From an uncultured Desulfocicer sp. (lineage in GTDB: Bacteria; Desulfobacterota; Desulfobacteria; Desulfobacterales; SURF-7), in NCBI GenBank assembly GCA_964437395.1, contig CAYTGW010000002.1, positions 1 to 51,443 on the forward strand: a DNA stretch of 51,443 nucleotides, in the 5' to 3' direction. Each line of letters opens with the position of its first letter. Position 1 is the first letter of the stretch. The notes below the pieces were generated by a model. That model saw nothing but the letters and a program-made list of their open reading frames with translations. It did no database searches and was not told the DNA's origin. Of this stretch, positions 11,359-18,888 are shown piece after piece. The translations under genes and the position numbers were made by a program.

Positions 11359-12036
11359 ATGACCATAAATATTGTAGATAAAACGGACAACCTGGTAAAG
11401 GTTCAACACGTTCTGGTAAGTGTATCGGATAAAACCGGCCTGGAACGGTTTATTCCAGAGCTCCTTGACATCAACCCTCGGATTCATTTTTTTTCAACTG
11501 GCGGTACGTTTTCAAAAATAAAAGAGATACTAGGGAATAACCGGGAATCCTCTTTAACACAGGTTTCTGATTATACGGGTCAGCCTGAAACGCAAGGAGG
11601 CCTGGTGAAGACCCTTGATTTCAAAATCTATCTCGGACTTCTGACCGAAACCTACAACAACTCCCACCAGGAGGATTTGCAACGAACCAATGCTGTTCCC
11701 ATTGACATGGTTGTTGTAAATCTCTATCCCTTTCAACAGACCATTTCAAAGCCGGATGTGACCCCTGAGATGGCCCGCGGAAATATCGATATCGGCGGCC
11801 CGTGTATGATTCGAGCCTCAGCAAAAAACTTCCTGAGGGTTGCGTCAGTGGTAGATCCTTCTGATTATCTGCAGATACTTTCATGGTTGAAAGACAATAA
11901 TGGATGCACCTCTCTGGACATACGCTATAAGCTTGCCTGCAAAGCTTTTAGGCATACAGCAGAATACGATATGACCATTACAGATTTTTTCAAGTCCATA
12001 TCGTTTGATGAGGTTCGCAACTGTTACCGCCTTTAA
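11359..12036 (+). CDS. purH: IMP cyclohydrolase (PurH N-terminal MGS-like domain as a separate gene)
   Basis: VLVSVSDKTGL, STGGT, VVVNLYPF, NIDIGGP and SAKN motifs of the IMPCH domain. A stop codon falls at the usual domain boundary. The start is uncertain (GTG 11317 or ATG 11359). Confidence 0.85.
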   Translation: MTINIVDKTDNLVKVQHVLVSVSDKTGLERFIPELLDINPRIHFFSTGGTFSKIKEILGNNRESSLTQVSDYTGQPETQGGLVKTLDFKIYLGLLTETYNNSHQEDLQRTNAVPIDMVVVNLYPFQQTISKPDVTPEMARGNIDIGGPCMIRASAKNFLRVASVVDPSDYLQILSWLKDNNGCTSLDIRYKLACKAFRHTAEYDMTITDFFKSISFDEVRNCYRL

Positions 12037-12076
12037 CGCTGTAGACTGAATTCTTGTATACCCAAAGGAGACCGAA

Positions 12077-13327
12077 ATGACCGAAGATCTGAAACAGATG
12101 TACAAAACCATTATGGATGACCATTTCACTCCGGAAATGGAAATCAGCTTTATAGACAATGGGTCAAGACAAACTCTTTTCTACGAAAAGGTTGCCTGGA
12201 CCATCAATAACATCCAGAAAGGACTTCGTTATGGTGAAAACCCAGGACAGGAGGCCGCATTATACAAACTGGTGAATGGCAACCTGGTATTGGGGAAGAC
12301 AGAGACCATTTCTCCAGGACAATATCTAGCCTCGGATATCGAATTGCTTCAATCCGGGAAACACCCTGGAAAAACAAATCTGACAGATACAGACAATGCA
12401 TTGAATATTTTGAGATATTTCAAGGACAATCCCACTGTAGTAATCGTAAAGCATAACAATCCCTGTGGTGTTGCCAGATCAAGCTCACTGGCGGATGCCT
12501 ATCAAAAAGCCTATATGGCCGACAGGGTAGCTGCTTTTGGAGGCTGTATTGCATTAAATCGAGCCGTTGATAAAGAGACCGCCACTGGTATTGCTTCCCA
12601 GTATGCAGAAGTCGTTGTAGCTCCAGATTTTGAAGATGGCGTCCTTTCAATTCTTGGCCAAAGAAAAAATCTCCGGGTCATTCGCATTGGGAACATCCAC
12701 AGACTTCATGATTTTATTGGTAAACGCTTCGTTGAATTCAAAAGTCTGATTGACGGAGGCTTGATTGCTCAATGGTCCTTTGTTCCAAATGCCAAAACAA
12801 AAAAAGATGTTCAATTGGCTGAGTGTGAATATCAAGGCAAGATTTTCAAAATCAATCGAGTACCAAGCGATCAAGAGTATAATGATTTACTGTTTGGGTG
12901 GCTTGTTGAATCCGGAATTACATCCAACTCTGTAATCTATGTAAAAAATGGCGTTACCGTTGGCATCGGGACCGGAGAGCAGGACCGGGTTGGTGTTGCA
13001 GAAATCGCCAGAGATAAGGCATACCGAAAACTGGCGGATCGATATTCCTGGGAAACGTTCAAAATAGCTTACAGCAACCTTAAAGACCCTAATCAACGAA
13101 AAGAAATCGATGACAAGGTTGCTTATGAAAAAGGAGGGCTCATTGGAGCAAGCATGGTCAGTGATGCATTTTTTCCATTTCGGGATGGAATTGATATTGG
13201 TTTGAGGGAAGGTGTTCTGTCTGTAATCCAACCCGGAGGCTCTTTAAATGACTATCAATCCATCGAGGCATGTAACGAGGTAGGAGCAACAATGGTACTG
13301 ACCGGACAAAGGAGTTTTAAACATTAA
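12077..13327 (+). CDS. purH: AICAR formyltransferase (PurH C-terminal domain as a separate gene)
   Basis: LRYGENPGQ, VKHNNPCGVA and GGSLND-type motifs. It has its own RBS (AAAGGAGA) 40 nt after the upstream stop. Confidence 0.9.
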   Translation: MTEDLKQMYKTIMDDHFTPEMEISFIDNGSRQTLFYEKVAWTINNIQKGLRYGENPGQEAALYKLVNGNLVLGKTETISPGQYLASDIELLQSGKHPGKTNLTDTDNALNILRYFKDNPTVVIVKHNNPCGVARSSSLADAYQKAYMADRVAAFGGCIALNRAVDKETATGIASQYAEVVVAPDFEDGVLSILGQRKNLRVIRIGNIHRLHDFIGKRFVEFKSLIDGGLIAQWSFVPNAKTKKDVQLAECEYQGKIFKINRVPSDQEYNDLLFGWLVESGITSNSVIYVKNGVTVGIGTGEQDRVGVAEIARDKAYRKLADRYSWETFKIAYSNLKDPNQRKEIDDKVAYEKGGLIGASMVSDAFFPFRDGIDIGLREGVLSVIQPGGSLNDYQSIEACNEVGATMVLTGQRSFKH

Positions 13328-13631
13328 ATCTGAATATAAAATGGAAATCAGGAATAAACATAAAAAAAAACATGAAAAATTGCGTGATGAAATTAAAATT
13401 TTATGATATCATCTGAACAATAGTAAATGTAACCACAAACATGTTGATAAATTCTTTCCTTTGATCTGAATTCAGCATAAAATATCAAATAAATAGCTTT
13501 ACATGTCTTTATTGATTCCTTTTTTACAATATTGAAAACGGAACGCTTTGGAATGATTGCCACCTGGTTTTCAATTCTTACATATTAATTTTTATTCAAA
13601 ATATCTGTTTCAACTATCCTTCTGAGGATTC

Positions 13632-15191
13632 ATGCATAAAGATATAAAAACCAATCTCGGACAAAACATCAACGGCCATATTTTATTTGTGGATGATGAG
13701 GAGAACATTCTTGAAATTGCCGTCGAATTTTTTCAACACAAAGGGTATGATATTATTACAGCAAATAATGGTGTTGAAGCCCTGAATTTATTGAGTACAG
13801 AAAAAATAGTATGTTGTTTTACAGATATAAACATGCCTGAAATGGATGGCTTACAACTAGCAGAGGAAATCAGAAAAATTGATAATACAATTCCTGTTAT
13901 TGTCATGACCGGATATCCATCACTTGAAAACTCTATCCGAACCTTGAAAAATGGAGTTGTTGACTTTTTGATCAAGCCTGTAAACCTAAACCAGATGGAA
14001 GTATGTGTTCAACGCGTTCTCCGGGAAAGACAACTTTTCATTAAAAATATCCTTTTGTCCAAAGAAGTTGAGGGAAAAGAACGGCTTGAAAAACTCAATA
14101 AAGAACTCGTATACAAGCTTGAAGAGCTTCAAAATTTAAATAAAATCATGACAGACTTGTCGATGATAAACAATACAACAGATATCTTCAAGCTGATTGT
14201 TGAAATGACGATTGTACTTACAAAAGCAGATGAGTCAAAATTTTTTGTCATCAATGAGTCTGAAAATCTCCCCTTTGAAGTAAGTTCTTCCTTTTCCGAT
14301 TCATATCTCAAATTATTGTCCCAAAAACAGATGGAGATATCTCAGAAAGAAGGCAGCCGTTTTCAGCAGGTGATCATTGAGACCGTTGCTGATGAAATCC
14401 CGCTTCTTGTTTCTGAAAATAAAAATATTGATGCCGGTTTTGATGACCATCTTTCATTTATGATTGTTCCATTAAAAATACAGGAAAAGGTTTTTGGTGT
14501 TCTTACCGCTTCCATAAAAACAGGAAATAAGCGTTTTACGGAAAAAGAACTGTATTATCTGTCTTTTATGACGCAAAGAGCGGCATCTGCCATTGAGAAT
14601 CTTGCGTTGTATGAGCATATCAATCGTGGCTTGATGACGACTTTAAAAGCCTTTGTAAAAGCAATTGAGGCAAGAGACCCCTATACAAAGGAACATTCAA
14701 ACCGGGTAACGGAGATTGCTATTGCTATCGGAAAAAAAGTAGGTTGTAGTGATGAAGAAATTGACATTCTAAAAATTTCCGGTCCACTACATGACATTGG
14801 GAAAATTGGAATTCGTGATGAAATACTATTAAAACCCGGAAGACTCACAGAAGACGAATTTAAAAAAATTATGGAACACCCGGATATCGGGGCCGATATT
14901 ATCGGTCAGCTGGGAATGTGGGATGAACATCAAGAGATTATTCGTCATCATCATGAACGGTTTGACGGAACAGGATATCCCTCAAAATTAAAAAAAGAAG
15001 AAATCCCCCGTTTAGCACGAATCGTTACGGTTGCCGACTCATACGATGCAATGGCATCTGATCGTGCGTATCGGAAAAAAATGGACCCCGAAAAAATTTT
15101 GGCAATTCTTTCCGATTGCAGTGGCACACAATTTGATCCAGTATACGTAGATGCTTTCCTGGCCCTTTTCAAAGAGGGAAAGATAAATTGA
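13632..15191 (+). CDS. response regulator with REC-GAF-HD-GYP domains (c-di-GMP phosphodiesterase type)
   Basis: REC (LFVDDEE .. FTDINMPEMDG .. LIKP), a central GAF-like segment, and a C-terminal HD..HDIGK..HHERFDGTGYP HD-GYP signature. Confidence 0.9.
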   Translation: MHKDIKTNLGQNINGHILFVDDEENILEIAVEFFQHKGYDIITANNGVEALNLLSTEKIVCCFTDINMPEMDGLQLAEEIRKIDNTIPVIVMTGYPSLENSIRTLKNGVVDFLIKPVNLNQMEVCVQRVLRERQLFIKNILLSKEVEGKERLEKLNKELVYKLEELQNLNKIMTDLSMINNTTDIFKLIVEMTIVLTKADESKFFVINESENLPFEVSSSFSDSYLKLLSQKQMEISQKEGSRFQQVIIETVADEIPLLVSENKNIDAGFDDHLSFMIVPLKIQEKVFGVLTASIKTGNKRFTEKELYYLSFMTQRAASAIENLALYEHINRGLMTTLKAFVKAIEARDPYTKEHSNRVTEIAIAIGKKVGCSDEEIDILKISGPLHDIGKIGIRDEILLKPGRLTEDEFKKIMEHPDIGADIIGQLGMWDEHQEIIRHHHERFDGTGYPSKLKKEEIPRLARIVTVADSYDAMASDRAYRKKMDPEKILAILSDCSGTQFDPVYVDAFLALFKEGKIN

Positions 15192-15320
15192 TTTGAATAT
15201 TTACAGATTAAAATTCAAATGATATACTGATAATAATTAAATACTCATTGCCTGTCTTGCCAAATGAGCAACAACTATCAACATTAAGAATGTCATCTCT
15301 GTATCTATTGTAATTATCCT

Positions 15321-15953
15321 ATGACTATCAAGGATTGGCTGGAAAAAAGAAATAATGTTCGGGCAGCAATTTCTACAAAAGTCACGATAAGGCTGATTGA
15401 TAATGATATTGCTCATAATTTATTGCTTCCGAAAAAACCGGTTTCTCAGGCAACCAAAAGAGCTGCATCTGAAAAAGATTTATCAAAGAAAGGGAGTTCA
15501 AACAAAAACTCCTTGATAATGCCTGATTTTCCTTTTTCATCTGATAATACTATGAATCCGATGCTCTCTTATCTTGTTGATTCTATTTTTTTACTGAATG
15601 ACAAACTGGATAAGATTATTGATTTACTGGAAGACAACAAAGGAGAGACCCAAATAACAGTCAAGGAAACGGTTAATATCAGTGGTACGGGTATGAAAAT
15701 GATTTTGTATGATTCTGTTGAAATAGGACAAATTCTTAACATATCATTAAATTTACCTGGATTCCCATTAAGTGGTTTCAATACCTATGGTGAGGTTGTT
15801 CATAAAAGAGTAGTTCAAAAAAAGGACAAGCCTCTTTATGAGATCGGAGTTAAATTTATCAATATCCTTGAAAAAGAAAGAGATCTCCTGATTGCATACG
15901 CTTTTTCTCAAGAACGGCAAAAAATTAGACAACTGAAAAAGGATATCACATAA
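15321..15953 (+). CDS. PilZ-domain protein with a long insertion between the c-di-GMP motifs
   Basis: RNNVR (RxxxR) at residues 10-14 and NISGTG (D/NxSxxG) about 110 residues later, followed by a PilZ beta-barrel-like C-terminus. There is no obvious RBS. Confidence 0.6.
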   Translation: MTIKDWLEKRNNVRAAISTKVTIRLIDNDIAHNLLLPKKPVSQATKRAASEKDLSKKGSSNKNSLIMPDFPFSSDNTMNPMLSYLVDSIFLLNDKLDKIIDLLEDNKGETQITVKETVNISGTGMKMILYDSVEIGQILNISLNLPGFPLSGFNTYGEVVHKRVVQKKDKPLYEIGVKFINILEKERDLLIAYAFSQERQKIRQLKKDIT

Positions 15954-16084
15954 CAATCCTCTGCTCCTTTCAGGAACAGATTTATATGATATTTGCAAAA
16001 CATAATATCCAGCTAACGCAAATCTTACCAAGGCACAGTTCATTGTCATAGAATCGATACCGCATTATAGGGAGAAACATTGCC

Positions 16085-16435
16085 ATGACAGAGGCCGACA
16101 TTGATCGAAGAAAAAAACTCAGGGTAGATTTTAAAACCAATATCATTTTAAAAACAGATCAATCTGAAATCCATATTGAGGGCAGTTCAAAGGACTTGAG
16201 CCTCAAAGGAATATTTGTCCACACCCAGGAGGAGACTACCATTGGTACAAAATGCCAGATTGAAGTAAATCTAACAGGTATGACGGAACCGCTCTCATTG
16301 TACATGCAAGGAAAAATAATCCGAAAAGATCTCAATGGTATTGCCGTTGAATTTGACTCCATGGACCTGGATAGTTATACACATCTGAAAAACATGGTTC
16401 GATATAATACAGCAGATCCTGATGATGTTCATTAA
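16085..16435 (+). CDS. single-domain PilZ c-di-GMP receptor
   Basis: RRKKLR (RxxxR) and DLSLKG (DxSxxG) at canonical spacing. 116 aa. A GGGAGA RBS is present. Confidence 0.8.
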   Translation: MTEADIDRRKKLRVDFKTNIILKTDQSEIHIEGSSKDLSLKGIFVHTQEETTIGTKCQIEVNLTGMTEPLSLYMQGKIIRKDLNGIAVEFDSMDLDSYTHLKNMVRYNTADPDDVH

Positions 16436-16552
16436 AAAATAATAAGTACGTACTGATCCACTTCTTCTCGAAATATATCATTACACAACATAAAAAAATT
16501 TATTTCCATATATGTTCGATTAATAACCAATTGAATCCAGGGAGGCCAGATA

Positions 16553-17014
16553 ATGGACGCAAGTCTGATCAATCCATTTATTAATGCGACAATAAACGTC
16601 CTTGAAACAATGGCATTTATTAAGTGTAAAGCAGAAAAACCTTATCTGAAAAAGGATGATGTGGCAAAGGGTGACGTCACAGGCATTATTGGAATTACCG
16701 GAGAATCAAATGGAACAATTGCCGTAACCTTTGAAGAAGAAACCATTCTGAAAATTGTATCAAACATGTTTGGAGAAGAGATGAAAAAATTGAACAGCGA
16801 AGTTGCAGATGCGGTTGGTGAACTAACCAACATGATATCCGGACAGGCAAGAAGGGAGCTGGAAGAGAACGGAAAAGTTTTTGAGGCCGCCATTCCTTCT
16901 GTCGTCTCTGGGAAAAATCACCAGATTACACACTATACAGATGGCCCCAAAATTGCCATTCCATTTCTAACAGATGGAGGTCGGTTCACAATAGAAGTCT
17001 GCCTTGAAAATTAA
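16553..17014 (+). CDS. cheX: CheX-type CheY-P phosphatase (CheC/CheX family)
   Basis: INPFINATINVLETM N-terminus and the ELTNMISGQA (ExxN-type) motif typical of CheX. 153 aa. Located next to cheY. Confidence 0.78.
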   Translation: MDASLINPFINATINVLETMAFIKCKAEKPYLKKDDVAKGDVTGIIGITGESNGTIAVTFEEETILKIVSNMFGEEMKKLNSEVADAVGELTNMISGQARRELEENGKVFEAAIPSVVSGKNHQITHYTDGPKIAIPFLTDGGRFTIEVCLEN

Positions 17015-17174
17015 CGGTCGGAAAATCAGCTCCATGGCAAACAGTACTTTCAATAAAGGCACATAGGTTAAGTCAATAATATATGTTTTCCATATTTCCC
17101 ATAAGATGAATAATCAAAAAAAACAGCGCTGAGTATTTTTCTATATTCATCAGAATGAAAGGAGAAAAAACCAG

Positions 17175-17549
17175 ATGGATCGATCTATCAAGATTCTGAT
17201 TGTTGATGATTTCGCAACCATGCGTCGAATTCTCAAGAATATCTTAAAGCAACTGGGGTTTGTAAATATCACAGAGGCTGACGATGGTACCACAGCCCTT
17301 GAACAGCTGAAAAGCGGTCACTTTGACCTGATCATCTCAGATTGGAATATGCCGAAAATGACAGGGCTTGAACTTCTCAAAACCGTTCGCGGAATGAATG
17401 ATATAAAAAGCATACCGTTTTTAATGGTTACCGCAGAAGCTCAAAAACAGAATGTAATTAGCGCAGTGCAGGCGGGTGTATCCAATTACGTAGTCAAACC
17501 ATTTACCGCCGAACAGATATCGGATAAGTTAGAAAAAATATTGAAATGA
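17175..17549 (+). CDS. cheY: chemotaxis response regulator CheY
   Basis: Near-collinear with enterobacterial CheY: LIVDDFATMRR, ISDWNMPKMTGLELLK, MVTAEA, YVVKPFTA. 124 aa. Confidence 0.92.
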   Translation: MDRSIKILIVDDFATMRRILKNILKQLGFVNITEADDGTTALEQLKSGHFDLIISDWNMPKMTGLELLKTVRGMNDIKSIPFLMVTAEAQKQNVISAVQAGVSNYVVKPFTAEQISDKLEKILK

Positions 17550-18538
17550 TATCCAATGCTGGTAACAAAAATTTCAGGTCTCAGGCATTTATCGGAAACA
17601 ACCCTGAAATTCTGAATATATTGAATATCGTAGATAAAGTGGCAGATGAAGATGCGACCATTCTCATAACCGGTGAAAGTGGAACGGGAAAAGAGTTAAT
17701 CGCCAAAGAGGTTCATAAAAAAAGCAGCAGACGATCAGAACCACTCATCACCGTTAATTGCGGAGCGATCCCTTTTGAGCTGCTGGAAAGTGAACTATTC
17801 GGGCATGAAAAGGGAGCATTTACAGGGGCACATCGTGAACGAATCGGTCGTTTTGAATTGGCAGATAACGGAACGATTTTTCTAGATGAAATTGGTGATG
17901 TTAGTCCTGAAATACAAGTCAAACTGCTCCGGGTATTACAAGAACACAGCTTCGAACGAATCGGCAGTACCCAAACAATTTCTGTCAATATCAGAATCAT
18001 TGCAGCCACAAATAAAAATCTTGATCACGCCATTGCAGAAGGTAAGTTCCGTGAAGATCTTTTTTATCGATTAAGTGTGATACCAATCAAAATGCCTCCC
18101 CTTCGTGATCGAAAATCCGACATCCCGCTTTTAGTGAATCATTTTCTCGAAAAGCTTCAATCAATAAGGAATACTAAGGAAAAAAATTTTTCAAACGAGG
18201 CCTTGGAGGTGCTCATTCAGTACAACTGGCCGGGAAATATCAGAGAGCTTGAAAATTTAATTGAACGTCTCTCTGTTCTTGTGGATAAAAGCGTTTTCGA
18301 TGTATCGGACCTGCCTGAAAATTTTTTATACAAAAAACAAGAGGAATTTAAAAAATCCGTGTCTCGATTAAAAAAAGATATTGGATTCAATGATGCTGTT
18401 GAACAATACCAGCAGCACCTTATTCTACAGGCTCTCAAAAATACAGACGGAGTGAAATCAAAAGCTGCTGAATTGTTAAAAATCAATCGAACCACTCTGG
18501 TTGAAAAACTTAAAAAAATGAACATAAAACAACATTAG
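17546..18538 (+). CDS. sigma54-dependent transcriptional activator lacking a receiver or sensory domain
   Basis: The AAA+ domain begins about residue 15 (GESGTGKE Walker A, GAFTGA, FLDEIG Walker B). C-terminal Fis-type HTH. Its ATG overlaps the cheY stop (ATGA). Confidence 0.9.
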   Translation: MISNAGNKNFRSQAFIGNNPEILNILNIVDKVADEDATILITGESGTGKELIAKEVHKKSSRRSEPLITVNCGAIPFELLESELFGHEKGAFTGAHRERIGRFELADNGTIFLDEIGDVSPEIQVKLLRVLQEHSFERIGSTQTISVNIRIIAATNKNLDHAIAEGKFREDLFYRLSVIPIKMPPLRDRKSDIPLLVNHFLEKLQSIRNTKEKNFSNEALEVLIQYNWPGNIRELENLIERLSVLVDKSVFDVSDLPENFLYKKQEEFKKSVSRLKKDIGFNDAVEQYQQHLILQALKNTDGVKSKAAELLKINRTTLVEKLKKMNIKQH

Positions 18539-18747
18539 CATACTGCCAAAAAAAATGGTGCCAAATTCTTGACTGTTTCAACAGAACATCCTCATGATTT
18601 CCGCGCTCTTTCTCCTTATCGGAAATGACAAGCATCGCCGAACCTATCCTCAGACCAATCCAAATCCCTTTGTTATTCAGGATGTGAACTCCCTCTATTT
18701 TAGGGCTTACATCAATTACCCCTTTTTTATTCGACCATAAAAAATAT

Positions 18748-18762
18748 TGGCACACTGTTTGC
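18748..18762 (+). promoter_or_regulatory. sigma54 promoter (-24/-12)
   Basis: TGGCAC-actgt-TTGC(T) with exact GG-N10-GC spacing, 127 nt upstream of ATG 18889. Confidence 0.75.
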
Positions 18763-18888
18763 TATTTTATTCAAAAAACGCGGCCGATTATTCTATATCA
18801 ACATCCCTATACGAGTATCAAAAATCATCGAAACACGGCGAAAAGTAACTATGAAATTAATCCTTCCTTATTTAAATATCGAAAGGTT

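Noticed and set aside
15122-15136. TGGCAC-N5-TTGA sigma54-like element inside the 3' end of the HD-GYP gene, ~185 nt upstream of the first PilZ gene
   Set aside because: The -24 box is perfect, but the -12 element is TTGA rather than the highly conserved TTGC, and it is intragenic. It is kept only as a weak possibility and is not reported as a feature.
15192-15235. Inverted repeat TTTGAAT-N14-ATTCAAA after the HD-GYP gene as a terminator
   Set aside because: It is an AT-only 7-bp stem with a 14-nt loop and no T-run, which is too weak to call a terminator.
18510-18755. 81-aa minus-strand ORF downstream of the sigma54 activator gene
   Set aside because: It overlaps the 3' end of the activator gene and the plus-strand sigma54 promoter region. 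It has no RBS or family resemblance.
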